Virus record (IMG/VR): IMGVR_UViG_3300021964_000012
Span: 264,293-328,292 of that record
Strand: one strand, 5' to 3'
DNA: 64,000 nucleotides
The notes under the pieces: generated by a model
Database searches by the model: none
What the model was told of the DNA's origin: nothing
The model's input: the letters and a program-made list of their open reading frames with translations, nothing else
Shown: piece after piece, positions 37,016-47,330 of the stretch
Layout: every line of letters starts with the position of its first letter
Position numbering within the stretch: position 1 is the first letter of the stretch
Made by a program: the position numbers and the translations under genes

Positions 37016-37708
37016 TTAACCTAATGAGGCGTTCTCAACTTGTACTAGATCCATGGTTGCAGGAGAAGCAGAACTACCTGATCCACCAACAGCAACTGTG
37101 TCATCTAGAATGTTAAAAAAGTTAATCAATCTTACATTACCACTGAAGTCCACTGAACGTCTACCGCCCATTAGTCTTTCAATACGTACTGCACTTGAAC
37201 CTTCGTCTGTGTATGTTATAGTCATACTACCTGTTGATAAAGCAGCATCAGCTTCGTTTGCAAGTGTACAAATTCCACACTCAGCAGCCGTACCTGAAGT
37301 ACCGGCACCAGCGGCTGCAGTTACAGTAAAAATATGTCCTGCGGCAATTGTTCCTTTACCTGCACCCATTGCTTCCCAGTCGGTATCACCAACTGAAACC
37401 ACTCTTAGTACACTGCCAACCACTGCATTTGCAGGGTCAATAGCGGCAGCATCTAATCTTGATACTTGGTACTTTCTTGCACCTTTTTGCTTGATTATAA
37501 AACCATCACCTTCGGTTGTTACACTTCCACCAGTTGGTCGAATACGACATGTCATTACTGGAAATGTGTAGTCACTGGTGTTAGGATTTCCACCTACTGC
37601 ACCATAGAATAATTCACCAGAAGGTGTTCTTGCGGCACTGTCGTCTCCTGGATTGTTAAAACCAGCATCCTGTGTATCAGATATTTTTATTTTAAGAGGT
37701 CTACCCAT
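37016..37708 (-). CDS. Putative head decoration / structural protein
   Basis: 230 aa directly after the capsid gene, with its own late promoter and AAGGAG RBS; FIIKQKGARKY motif. Confidence 0.6.
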   Translation of the reverse strand: MGRPLKIKISDTQDAGFNNPGDDSAARTPSGELFYGAVGGNPNTSDYTFPVMTCRIRPTGGSVTTEGDGFIIKQKGARKYQVSRLDAAAIDPANAVVGSVLRVVSVGDTDWEAMGAGKGTIAAGHIFTVTAAAGAGTSGTAAECGICTLANEADAALSTGSMTITYTDEGSSAVRIERLMGGRRSVDFSGNVRLINFFNILDDTVAVGGSGSSASPATMDLVQVENASLG

Positions 37709-37797
37709 TTGTTTTCTCCTTTCAAAAAGTTGGCGTTCTAGGCCTACGCGGTTTTGTCCGCATAAAACACTTAATTGTGTTAATAGTATTTATGGTC

Positions 37798-37827
37798 AAA
37801 AAAATAGCACCCAAAGGTGCTATTTTT
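37798..37827 (-). terminator. Rho-independent terminator after the major capsid gene
   Basis: Stem AAAAATAGCACC/GGTGCTATTTTT plus U-tract; core identical to 24248-24275. Confidence 0.85.
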
Positions 37828-37847
37828 AATAAAGTTTTCAGTGTATA

Positions 37848-39050
37848 TTATGAGAATGATAAGTTCTGAACTGCAATCTCACCTACATAGTCACCGGCAT
37901 TTCCAAATGAACTTGCAGTGTTTGATAACTCGATATATCCATATCTAGTCATAAAACTTACTACTGGCTCAAATGATGTCGGATCTAGTACAACACCTGA
38001 ACTCATTAGCGGTACGTATGGGCAGTAGAAAGCTGGAGCGTCTGTTTCAGATGCACCTTTGTATCCTACTAATACTGCTTGAGTGTCAGCTGCATATGAA
38101 TCACAGAATACTCTCATTGTACCGTTTAATGTACCTACAAACTTTGTGTTTGTTGGTGCTTCAAAAGTACCTTCTGTAGTTCTAGCAAATGCTGAAGTTG
38201 TAGCTGATTGTAACACTGTTAATGAAGCTGGAGAAACAACTGCATAGTTACCTGCACCACGTCTTGTACGTTGTGCAATTAAGTTAGCTGTTCTGTTGAT
38301 CAATACTGCTAAAGCGGCATGCTCATCACCAACGAAAGTAGCAGTACCTGATACTGCAGCCTGGTTGTATGTGAACTCAGTTGCGGCTAATGTACGTAGA
38401 GATAATAGAATCTCTTGATCGATTTCTGCAGTAATCTCTTGAGCTAATGCTGCCATGATTTCTGCTTCTACGTCGATACCGTGCATTGCTTGTGCATCTT
38501 GAGCTGCTTCAAAAGTCCAACGTGCTTGTAACTTACGTGTCTTTGCTTCTACAGCTTGCTTTAAGATTTGAACAGAAATATTTCTTCCGCCTAATCCTTC
38601 CATAGCTGCTGTTGCACTTCCACCGTAACCAGTTGCGGCTGATGCTGCACCAGTTCCGTTAGCACCTGAATATGCAGTTGCAATTTTGAATGGTGATAAT
38701 GCTTCATCGCCAGCTGCTGTTGGAGTAGCGGCTGCTGAAGTATCTGCCATTGCTGTTGCATAACGTACTCTTAGTGTATGGATTTGACCAACTGGTCCAG
38801 TCATAGGCTGAACACCAACTAATTCGTTGGCTATAACAGTTGGCATAACACGTCTGATAACAGGCAAAATAACTCTGTTAAGAGTTGCAATGTTACCTGA
38901 TGCAGTTGAACCCGCAGTTGCGTTTTCATTTAAGTGTTTGCGAGTGTTTTCTAATATAACACCCATTGTTGAGCGACGAGCACCTTGTAATCCTTCTAGG
39001 AGGGCTTCTTTGGTCTCACCCCAACGGCTTTCTAGTAGTTCTTGTGACAT
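37848..39050 (-). CDS. gp23: Major capsid protein
   Basis: VGVQPMTGPVGQI, VEAKTRKLQARWTFEAAQDAQAMHG, EITAEIDQE, YCPYVPL, MTRYG. Confidence 0.97.
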   Translation of the reverse strand: MSQELLESRWGETKEALLEGLQGARRSTMGVILENTRKHLNENATAGSTASGNIATLNRVILPVIRRVMPTVIANELVGVQPMTGPVGQIHTLRVRYATAMADTSAAATPTAAGDEALSPFKIATAYSGANGTGAASAATGYGGSATAAMEGLGGRNISVQILKQAVEAKTRKLQARWTFEAAQDAQAMHGIDVEAEIMAALAQEITAEIDQEILLSLRTLAATEFTYNQAAVSGTATFVGDEHAALAVLINRTANLIAQRTRRGAGNYAVVSPASLTVLQSATTSAFARTTEGTFEAPTNTKFVGTLNGTMRVFCDSYAADTQAVLVGYKGASETDAPAFYCPYVPLMSSGVVLDPTSFEPVVSFMTRYGYIELSNTASSFGNAGDYVGEIAVQNLSFS

Positions 39051-39069
39051 TAAATGTCTCCTTTTTTAG

Positions 39070-40152
39070 TTAAAGCCCTGCTAGGCGTTTCAAGGCAATG
39101 ACGTTTGAATCGTCATCTGCTTTATCGACAACCTTTGCAGTTTTATTACCAGTTTGTTCAGTTAAACTTGCAGCCTTTTTAGTTGCTTTGGTTTCGCTCA
39201 ACACTGCTGGCAAATATTTTTCAAAAGCGTTCTTCAATCGAGATGTCTGAACGTTTTCAAGTAAGTTAGTCATAATTTCTCTCTTCTCATCATTGAGAGG
39301 AGATAGAAGCTCGTCCAATGTAGCATCACGCTCATTGGCTTCTTTTATAACTTTGATTTCGTTATTTTTGCTTTCAACAAGTGCTTTCGCCTTGTCTTTA
39401 ACAGCAATGGCTTCTGCCAACTGTTTATCTTTTTCTACAATAGTTGCATTAAGTTTACGTACTTCTTCATTTTCATTTAAATGTGTAGCACCAAACTCAG
39501 TTGCATATGCTTCGAAGATTCGACGACCAAAATTGTTCTCACGAGCAATTTTAATGTCTTCTTTAAGTTGACCCATTTCAGCCTTAAGATGCGTAGATAC
39601 AGTTGAAGCCATCTTCTTAGCAGATTCTTTTATGAACTTGCTCTTTAGATTATCAAGTTTATTGCGTGCTTGTGAAACAAGTCTTACTTTAGTTTCCACT
39701 AAGTCTTTCTTGTCAGCAGCAAATTCTTTGATTTCTTCAGCTAAAGCACCAACAACAAATTTTTCTAATTTTTCAAAACCTGTTTTTGATACCTTACGAT
39801 CTGTGCGTAGTTCTTTTAACTCTTCTGAAAGTTGTTTAACTAAAAAGCCGTTAAACTTATCAGCATTTTCTTTCATCTTGTTATGAAACTTAACACGATC
39901 TTCAGCTAATGCTTTCTTCTCTTCGTTAAGAGCTGATATTTCATTAGCTAAGCCTTCTGTAACCATTTTATCTAGGGCTTCTACCATCACAGTTTTGTCA
40001 TGCTCATAGCGTTGTGCAAACTCCTCACGAAGTTCAGCACGCACTGTCTCTTTGGCCTCGACCATTTTTGCTTCCCATTGTTCAGCAATAGCAGTACGAG
40101 TGTCCTCATTGACGAGATCGCTATCTAATAGTGGTTTAATAGCATCTAACAT
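39070..40152 (-). CDS. gp22: Prohead core scaffold protein
   Basis: Coiled-coil Glu/Lys-rich protein between protease and capsid genes. Confidence 0.85.
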   Translation of the reverse strand: MLDAIKPLLDSDLVNEDTRTAIAEQWEAKMVEAKETVRAELREEFAQRYEHDKTVMVEALDKMVTEGLANEISALNEEKKALAEDRVKFHNKMKENADKFNGFLVKQLSEELKELRTDRKVSKTGFEKLEKFVVGALAEEIKEFAADKKDLVETKVRLVSQARNKLDNLKSKFIKESAKKMASTVSTHLKAEMGQLKEDIKIARENNFGRRIFEAYATEFGATHLNENEEVRKLNATIVEKDKQLAEAIAVKDKAKALVESKNNEIKVIKEANERDATLDELLSPLNDEKREIMTNLLENVQTSRLKNAFEKYLPAVLSETKATKKAASLTEQTGNKTAKVVDKADDDSNVIALKRLAGL

Positions 40153-40161
40153 GCGATTCTC

Positions 40162-40788
40162 CTAAATTTTTAGGTCTCTGATAAGACGAGAAACTTCGTC
40201 TTTCAGGTACTTTTGTATTTTGCCGTCTTTCCCAGACTCACGAGCCATTTCTAAAATGTGATGCCCATGTTTCATGTTCATCAGTCCTTCATAAATTGCT
40301 TTTGGATAAGCATTTGGAGCACTGGGTTGTGCGACCACGTCTACAGTGACTATTTCAAAGTCACTGACACGTCCGTTATGTGGATCAACGTTACCTGATC
40401 CACGACTCGAGACGCCCAATCTCACACCGGATTGCAACATTGTTTTAACTAGTTGCCCCATTGGAGTTGGGAGAATTTTTAGTTTTCCATAACCATTAGG
40501 TCCGTCCATCCACATGCGTTCAATCATGTGACATACACGGTCTAAATTAATCTTAAGGTCATCTGGATGATCTACTTCGCCAAGAACGCTTGTTGTTTTA
40601 ATTTGTTCATTCAGTGTATCAACTGCTTCTGCAATTTGACTCACTGGATAGATACGTTCATTGGCATTTTTCACGTCACCTTGTATGCAGATGCCTTCCA
40701 TATAGAGGTCCTTACCATCTTTGCCTTCAACAATGTTGATTTTTGCGGCTTCAAAAGTAAGTTCCTCTTTAAGGTATAGCTGTCCCAT
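40162..40788 (-). CDS. gp21: Prohead protease
   Basis: NANERIYP, LGEVDHP, PTPMGQ, GVSSRGSG, DVVAQPSAPNA. Confidence 0.95.
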   Translation of the reverse strand: MGQLYLKEELTFEAAKINIVEGKDGKDLYMEGICIQGDVKNANERIYPVSQIAEAVDTLNEQIKTTSVLGEVDHPDDLKINLDRVCHMIERMWMDGPNGYGKLKILPTPMGQLVKTMLQSGVRLGVSSRGSGNVDPHNGRVSDFEIVTVDVVAQPSAPNAYPKAIYEGLMNMKHGHHILEMARESGKDGKIQKYLKDEVSRLIRDLKI

Positions 40789-40809
40789 GTACGTGATTCC
40801 TAGTCTAGA

Positions 40810-41718
40810 TTAGTCTATAACACTTTTGGTGTTAACACCAGAAGCTTGTGATAATTCAGGCTTTGGAGCTGGTTTTACATCTGGCTTTGTAGTTCCATCC
40901 ATGTCACCATATTTTGGTGTTGAACGACCTGATGTGTTTCCATCTTTGATGTCGACTGGCTTTGCATCCATTCCTTTTTGACCTGAGTTAGCAGCTACTG
41001 GACTTTTACTAGCTGGTGATGTTGTAACTGGCTTAGGAGCTGCAACTAATTCTACACCTTCTTCTAAACCTTCTACTTCAACATTAACATCGATTGGCTC
41101 GTCCATTTTGTCTTCCATGCCATCAATCTCGTCCTGCTCCATGTCAGTATCGCTATCAATGTCTGAAATCTCGTCTTGCTCGCCTTCAATGTCGTCTGTG
41201 TTATCGTCAACCTGTGCCATTAGCTCTTCGAATTCACCCATTAGTTCGTCTAATTTGTCTTCGATGTCTACTACACGGTCTTCTAATTCTTCTTCGCCGT
41301 CATCGTCATCAACGTCTACGTCGATCATTTCGATTTCTTCTTCCTCATCTTCCATTCTGACGCCTTCTTCTTCGGCCTCAACTTCGTCAATGAGATCGTC
41401 AACCTGTGATCCACCTAAATCTGTTTCATCAATCTTTTGATCGTTGTCATGTTCTGCGTCACGCTTGCCACGCTTTCCCATTTCGTCGTCTCTACGATCT
41501 TTCATTGATTGTTTTTTGCCTGATTCAGCACCGTCTTTAGCACCTAAATGCTCATCTTCGCGGTCCTTGTAACCTTGCTTTTCTGTAATTTCTTCTTCTG
41601 ACATAATGTCTTCGTATATGTCTTTTGACTTTTCCACAACAATCTCATGGAAAAGAGCTTTTGCATTTTTTTCATCATCGTTGATGACGAATTCAATAAG
41701 TTGCTCAAATTTGTTCAT
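40810..41718 (-). CDS. Acidic prohead core protein (gp67/gp68 position)
   Basis: Highly Asp/Glu-rich 302-aa protein between portal and protease. Confidence 0.65.
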   Translation of the reverse strand: MNKFEQLIEFVINDDEKNAKALFHEIVVEKSKDIYEDIMSEEEITEKQGYKDREDEHLGAKDGAESGKKQSMKDRRDDEMGKRGKRDAEHDNDQKIDETDLGGSQVDDLIDEVEAEEEGVRMEDEEEEIEMIDVDVDDDDGEEELEDRVVDIEDKLDELMGEFEELMAQVDDNTDDIEGEQDEISDIDSDTDMEQDEIDGMEDKMDEPIDVNVEVEGLEEGVELVAAPKPVTTSPASKSPVAANSGQKGMDAKPVDIKDGNTSGRSTPKYGDMDGTTKPDVKPAPKPELSQASGVNTKSVID

Positions 41719-41829
41719 TAAAATAATCCTTCTAAGTATTGGGCTCAGTATAGTACTTACAAGAAAATTAAAAAACTAGTAGTTTATAGGGGTAAAAGTG
41801 GTAGAAAATGAATTATTTTCTGTGCTAAC

Positions 41830-42045
41830 CTACATCTGTGGTGGAGGTGGAGCAAATTGTGCTTGAATACGTTTGAGATCTTGCTTCTTCTCATAGTTTC
41901 TAAGATCGTACATTCTACGCAGTTTAGATATCTGCTTTAGTGTTAGTTTTGTTTTACGCAACTCGCCAAGTTCCGGAACAGAGTTATCGTCTTTCTGTTC
42001 TTGATATCCGTCTGCTGGTGCATCATAAAATTCAAATAGTTTCAT
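41830..42045 (-). CDS. Small prohead-associated hypothetical protein
   Basis: 71 aa; RKTKLTLKQI motif; late box 5 nt upstream of the ATG. Confidence 0.7.
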   Translation of the reverse strand: MKLFEFYDAPADGYQEQKDDNSVPELGELRKTKLTLKQISKLRRMYDLRNYEKKQDLKRIQAQFAPPPPQM

Positions 42046-42053
42046 AATAGTAT

Positions 42054-43802
42054 TTATGCAGGAGGTTCTTCAGGAGCGGCTGGTGCAGCCATGTCAACAT
42101 TTACATCAACTTCTTCGCCACCTGCAGCTTCTTCACCAGCAACTGCATCTCCCATCTGTACATCACCTTCAAAGTCGCCAGGGCTTACACCTACTGTACG
42201 TAAATCACTACCAGTTGGTTCAGTTTCAATTGGTTGTCCCGTTTCTTCTTCCCAATACTCAGTATTTTCTTGAAGTTCATCGTCGGTTAATCCAAGGTAG
42301 CGTTTCAGAAGAAAACGCTTGCTCATGTAGGGCAGTTGTTCCAATGCACTGAATGCTTGTATTCTAGTTGTGTCTAGTTCGGCCTGTCTATAGCTCGCAA
42401 AATTCTGTGGAGGTGCAAATGTAATGTTAAAAAGTCCACTGTCAATGTTGAACCCTCTCCAACGCATGAACATTTTGAATTCATCATCAAGTTTTTCAAT
42501 TACCTGCTTTTGCAATCTTTCGCAGTATTGATTGAATCTGTATTCTTGTATGAGTGCAGTACCAACTCTACCGTCGTTCATTGGTCGATCTGAGTCATCT
42601 GGACCGGTTGGTAGATAACTGCTAGGAACACGCAAGCCTCTGCACATTTTGTTGTTAAAGTATTTTAAATCGTCAATCTGTCCAAGGTTTTCACCACCCG
42701 GCAGTGTTTCAACTTTTGATCCACGTCCTTCGGCAGTTTGAGGAAAGAAATAGTCTTCGTTTATGCTCAATGGATTGTAAGTTGTATCCATGGTTGTTGC
42801 TTGTTGACCACCCTGTGGATTTGGGATACGTCTTTGATGTACTTCATTTTTCACACGTTCGACAAACTGCATGGCTAGATGTGATGGCATGTTTCCAACA
42901 TCAATGTAAAATACACGTCTTTCAGGAGCACGTTGTACTCTGTATATAAGAATAGCATCTTCAAGCAATTCTTTTTGTTTGAACACTTTGAATATCATTT
43001 CCAGCACACTCTGCGAGAAAGGCCAGAAAAAATCTAATCCTTCACTGAGTCCAAGATGCACTACATTTTTAGCATCAATTACGGTTTCATTTACTGTGTG
43101 TTCGAATCTGCTTTGTCCAGCAGGAGCATTTGGAATGGTATAGTTTGAACCACCCATGGCACTGCCACCAGTTCCAATTATTTCGCCTGAGTTTAATCCA
43201 GTGCCATAGTCGGTGGTTTTCTTTGGTGCAATACTGAGATTTTGAAAGTTTGGATTTATATCTCTAATCACATACTGCTCAGGACGTTTGCCTTCATTTT
43301 CATTAACAATCACACGCACAACCTTGGTCATGTCAACCCAGTATAGTTCAAATGTTTCTGGATCACGCACAAACACTTGATCGCCGTACTTTATAGTGTT
43401 CCTAAAAATACGAAACATACGCTGATCAAGTTTATTAAGTTTTGTCCACTGTTGTAGTTGTGTACGTATTATTTCAATTTCATTATTTGTTGGTTTATCA
43501 GTGTATTGCACTTCAAATGGAGTATTATTGCTTTCATTCTTTTGTGTTGCAAACTCTGCTATAATGTCCAAACAAGCATTGATTTCACTGTCAGTATCCA
43601 TGTTTTCATACTGATTGTAGCGTTCTATCCTGTTAGGATGACCAGAGTATACTTCTGGTAGATGACTTTGATAGTTTTTAAAACCAAACTGTCCGCCAGA
43701 ACCACCACTACCATAAGCAGGACCCCTTGCGTTTTGTCCACTTATAGGACTCAGTTGACCACCGGTGCTACCAACTGCTTTGAAGTATTTTTTCCAGGAC
43801 AT
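42054..43802 (-). CDS. gp20: Portal protein
   Basis: LLEDAILIYRVQRAPERRVFYIDVGNMP, EDYFFP, TLPGGENLGQIDD. Confidence 0.97.
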   Translation of the reverse strand: MSWKKYFKAVGSTGGQLSPISGQNARGPAYGSGGSGGQFGFKNYQSHLPEVYSGHPNRIERYNQYENMDTDSEINACLDIIAEFATQKNESNNTPFEVQYTDKPTNNEIEIIRTQLQQWTKLNKLDQRMFRIFRNTIKYGDQVFVRDPETFELYWVDMTKVVRVIVNENEGKRPEQYVIRDINPNFQNLSIAPKKTTDYGTGLNSGEIIGTGGSAMGGSNYTIPNAPAGQSRFEHTVNETVIDAKNVVHLGLSEGLDFFWPFSQSVLEMIFKVFKQKELLEDAILIYRVQRAPERRVFYIDVGNMPSHLAMQFVERVKNEVHQRRIPNPQGGQQATTMDTTYNPLSINEDYFFPQTAEGRGSKVETLPGGENLGQIDDLKYFNNKMCRGLRVPSSYLPTGPDDSDRPMNDGRVGTALIQEYRFNQYCERLQKQVIEKLDDEFKMFMRWRGFNIDSGLFNITFAPPQNFASYRQAELDTTRIQAFSALEQLPYMSKRFLLKRYLGLTDDELQENTEYWEEETGQPIETEPTGSDLRTVGVSPGDFEGDVQMGDAVAGEEAAGGEEVDVNVDMAAPAAPEEPPA

Positions 43803-43838
43803 ATAATTTCCATGTAAATCTTTGTTATGGAGTATTTA

Positions 43839-46361
43839 TCAGTTGTTGCGAGCGGCCTGTAATTGTTCGCCTTGTAATCTTGTGCCTTTGGTTGTTTGAT
43901 CCAGCATGGCCTGTAGTACACCAAGAATTTTCTCGTTACTGCCGCCATCACCTTGCATCGTTTGCGTTTCTCCTGCAGCTGGACCACCTTCCATGTCTGT
44001 GAGTCCTTGGTTGCTAATAGATAATCCACCTGCGTCGCCGAGTTTTGGGCCAGCAACTGATCTAAGTTGACTTAGTGCATCAAATTGACCACCTGTAGCA
44101 GCACCTTGAGCACCAACTGTTACACCATCTCCCATGCCATAACTCATTGAAGAAACTCCGCCTTTGCTAGTGTAACTGCTTACATTTCCTTTGTCTATTC
44201 TTTGGCCAGCCATTTGACCATTTACATAATCTCTTTCGTAGTTTACACCGCCAACAGTTCCTTGCATGCTCATCGAAGTTGATGCATCTGCTGAACTGCT
44301 CATTTGCACGCCGCCTATTCTTGGTCCTTTTCTATAGAGTTCGTTTCCTCTACTGTCCACTGTTACAACAGAACCATCGCCGAGTTTGACATCAAAGGTT
44401 CCTGGTATTCTTCCTGGCACACCTGGACCAACCTGTCCTGGTATTACCACTCCACTGGTTTTTCCCATTTTCAGTAATTCTGGTCCTTGTTCACCAACCA
44501 AATAGGTTTTACCTGCTTCGGCTGCTCCACCTTCTGCAAAACTACCAGCAACTTTAGCTTTACTTTTATCACCGCCTGAAGAAAAGTATCCAGTTAACGC
44601 ACCAATTAAAGCACCAATTCCTCCGCCAATTGCTGTTCCTATTCCAGGAGCTATCGCTGTACCTATAGCAGCACCGGCTAATCCCAGTGTGCCAGCGCCT
44701 TTTAATGCATTTCCTGTACGATCAATAGTTTCGTCTTTTATTCCTGCGTCTTCTTGCATCTTTTTCATCAGACCAGGTATACCATCTTTAATCAGTGTAT
44801 CCATGTAGCCAACCAGCGATGACATGGTTTTTAATTGTATTTCAGCAAACTTTTTCACTGCCTCACTGGCCAATGGTAAAGTTTTATCTAAGGCAAATTG
44901 ATCAAGTGCAGTAGCGGTTTTAATCATGGCTTCTTGAGCACTTACAACGTTCTTGGTTAACGAGTCTTGTGTGTTTGCAAGTTTGTTTGTTTCGTCTGTT
45001 GCTTTTTTAGAAGCTGCACCAAGATCTTTTGTAAAGGTCAAGGCTTGAAGTGCTGGAATAAGATTTTCAAGTGAAGTTCCCATTTTACTAACTTGAGATG
45101 CAAATGCATCGCCACCTAGTCCTTGGTAGAATGTTTTACCTTGTTCTTGTAGCATGCTCAGTGCAGTTGACGAATCAATGGCACCAGATTTTAACTGCGA
45201 TATTACCTGTTGACCAACTGGTCCCATGACTTTTAAGAATTCTTGAGCAGCTGGTGTTCCGGCATTGCTTAGTGCATCAGCTAAACCATCACCAATTGCT
45301 TTTAAACCAGGTATACTGTTCAGTGTGGTAATTGTTTTAAGTGTAGCTTGAGCGGCATCTTTACCATTTTTACGCTCAATTTCACGTATTGATGCACCTT
45401 GTCTAGCATCACGTTGGACTGCATCAATTTCTTTCTGAGATTCTTCAATGCTTTTTCCAGTAATCTTGGATAGCTCTTGTAGATTCTTCATGTACTCTCG
45501 AGAACCTTGAGCCAGTGCTTGTGTGTTCTGAACTTCGTTACGACCTTGTCTTTGTTGGAACTGAATATATTTTGCGGTTAGTTCGTTTTGTTGTTCAACA
45601 CCTATACCGAGTGTGAGCAATTCTGACCTAAATGGTCTCATGGCTTTGGTTGTATCGCTTAATCCTTTAGCAGCTTCAGCACTTGTGCCAAATGCAAACG
45701 ATAATGTTTCACCTTCTTTGGTTACTGTTTTTGCAAAACTATCAAAACTCAATCCAGCATTCACAGCCTGTTGACCAAGTCCACGCATTCCGTCAGCACC
45801 AAGAGCACCAGTCTGTGCCGCAGTTCTAAAAGCACCAGTGATTCTATCTAGTTCAGCAGTAAATGTTTTACCAACTGCACTTACTATTTCACCAGCAGCT
45901 TCGCTTAGAGCCGCTATCATAGTACCTGCAGCCTTTCCTAGTCCTCCAATTAAAGGTATAGCTCCAATAGTTGCTGATACCAATCCGCCTGTGACTTTAC
46001 CAGCCATTTTGATTGCACTACCAGCCATTTCAATAGACGGATTTAGACTGCGAAACGACTCTCTGTTGTCTCGCATAGCAGTTGAAGCAGCTTCTAGTGC
46101 TTGTGCAACGCTTAAGGTTCCACCAATTGCTTTTGTTGTGGTACGCATCGCCTTAGTTGTTAGACTTTGGCGTTGTCCTTCTTGTTTCATGCCTTTGGCA
46201 GTTAAGCCTTGCTCTTCTTTGTCAAGTTTGTTGCCTGACTTTAAAAGTTTAGTATAGTCTTCGAGGCTTTTTTTAGCATCCTCCATGTCAGGGCCAGAGC
46301 GACCGCCAGCTCGTTGTAGCTGTTCTAATATTTGTTGCAGTAGCCGCTCTTGTTCGTCCAT
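43839..46361 (-). CDS. Tape-measure-like protein
   Basis: Long Ala/Gly-rich helical protein with glycine-zipper hydrophobic segments and FAEGG...YLVGEQGPEL motif. Confidence 0.7.
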   Translation of the reverse strand: MDEQERLLQQILEQLQRAGGRSGPDMEDAKKSLEDYTKLLKSGNKLDKEEQGLTAKGMKQEGQRQSLTTKAMRTTTKAIGGTLSVAQALEAASTAMRDNRESFRSLNPSIEMAGSAIKMAGKVTGGLVSATIGAIPLIGGLGKAAGTMIAALSEAAGEIVSAVGKTFTAELDRITGAFRTAAQTGALGADGMRGLGQQAVNAGLSFDSFAKTVTKEGETLSFAFGTSAEAAKGLSDTTKAMRPFRSELLTLGIGVEQQNELTAKYIQFQQRQGRNEVQNTQALAQGSREYMKNLQELSKITGKSIEESQKEIDAVQRDARQGASIREIERKNGKDAAQATLKTITTLNSIPGLKAIGDGLADALSNAGTPAAQEFLKVMGPVGQQVISQLKSGAIDSSTALSMLQEQGKTFYQGLGGDAFASQVSKMGTSLENLIPALQALTFTKDLGAASKKATDETNKLANTQDSLTKNVVSAQEAMIKTATALDQFALDKTLPLASEAVKKFAEIQLKTMSSLVGYMDTLIKDGIPGLMKKMQEDAGIKDETIDRTGNALKGAGTLGLAGAAIGTAIAPGIGTAIGGGIGALIGALTGYFSSGGDKSKAKVAGSFAEGGAAEAGKTYLVGEQGPELLKMGKTSGVVIPGQVGPGVPGRIPGTFDVKLGDGSVVTVDSRGNELYRKGPRIGGVQMSSSADASTSMSMQGTVGGVNYERDYVNGQMAGQRIDKGNVSSYTSKGGVSSMSYGMGDGVTVGAQGAATGGQFDALSQLRSVAGPKLGDAGGLSISNQGLTDMEGGPAAGETQTMQGDGGSNEKILGVLQAMLDQTTKGTRLQGEQLQAARNN

Positions 46362-46427
46362 TTAATTTTTTACCTGTTTTAAAGCCGTATAAGTACACTT
46401 ACAACTATATTTATGGTAGGAAAAAAC

Positions 46428-47330
46428 ATGGCAATACAACCAGGCGCCCCAATTCAACCAGTACAACCAGTGATACCAAAAACTGCACACGCACCATCAG
46501 GCAATCCATTGGCTAAACACTTTAGACAACCATCGATCTATATAAAATTGCCCAGTGAAGGTGTATGGTATGATGAATCTATTATTACTATCCCCGAATC
46601 AGGCGAAGTACCTGTTTATCCAATGACTGCACTTGACGAAATCACTTATAGAACTGCTGATGCATTGTTCAATGGACAAGCAGTTACAGATGTTATCAAA
46701 AGTTGCATACCTGCATTTAAAGATCCCGCACGAATCAGCACGTTGGATCTTGATACTGTGCTTATAGCAATTAGATTGGCAACTTTTGGTCATGAAATGG
46801 AATTTACCAGCAAGTGTCCAGAATGCGAAGAATCAAATGATCTTGCACTTGATCTTAGACAAATTATGGAAAAGGTTAAAAAACCTGACTTTGGATCACC
46901 GCTGTCATTTGGTGATATTGAAATACATTTCAAACCGTTGACCTACAAAGAACAAAACGACAACAACATGGCACAGTTTGAAGATCAAAAAACCATGGAA
47001 AGCCTTCCAAATATGGAAATGTCTGAAGAAGAAAAACTCAAGATACTGCAAAAAGCATTTGGAAACATCAGCAAACTTACACTTGTTGCACTTGCAGACA
47101 GTATCAGCATGATACAATCAGGCGATGATGTTGTTGTTGATCGAACACACATAGCAGAATATTTGGAAAATTGTCCATCACAACAGTTTGAAAAGATTAG
47201 AGAGAAGATTGCTTCAATCAGAGAAAGTGGAGAAATGGATCCACTGCACATAGTGTGCAACGATTGCAAACACGAATATACCACACCATTTACAATGAAT
47301 GTTGCAAATTTTTTCGCATCAGGCTCTTAA
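46428..47330 (+). CDS. gp26: Baseplate hub assembly protein / tail chaperone
   Basis: NPLAKHFRQP.IYIKLPS.G, PMTALDE, D.DTVLIAIR.AT.G, two CxxC motifs, C-terminal NFF; start at ATG 46428 after AGGA. Confidence 0.8.
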   Translation: MAIQPGAPIQPVQPVIPKTAHAPSGNPLAKHFRQPSIYIKLPSEGVWYDESIITIPESGEVPVYPMTALDEITYRTADALFNGQAVTDVIKSCIPAFKDPARISTLDLDTVLIAIRLATFGHEMEFTSKCPECEESNDLALDLRQIMEKVKKPDFGSPLSFGDIEIHFKPLTYKEQNDNNMAQFEDQKTMESLPNMEMSEEEKLKILQKAFGNISKLTLVALADSISMIQSGDDVVVDRTHIAEYLENCPSQQFEKIREKIASIRESGEMDPLHIVCNDCKHEYTTPFTMNVANFFASGS

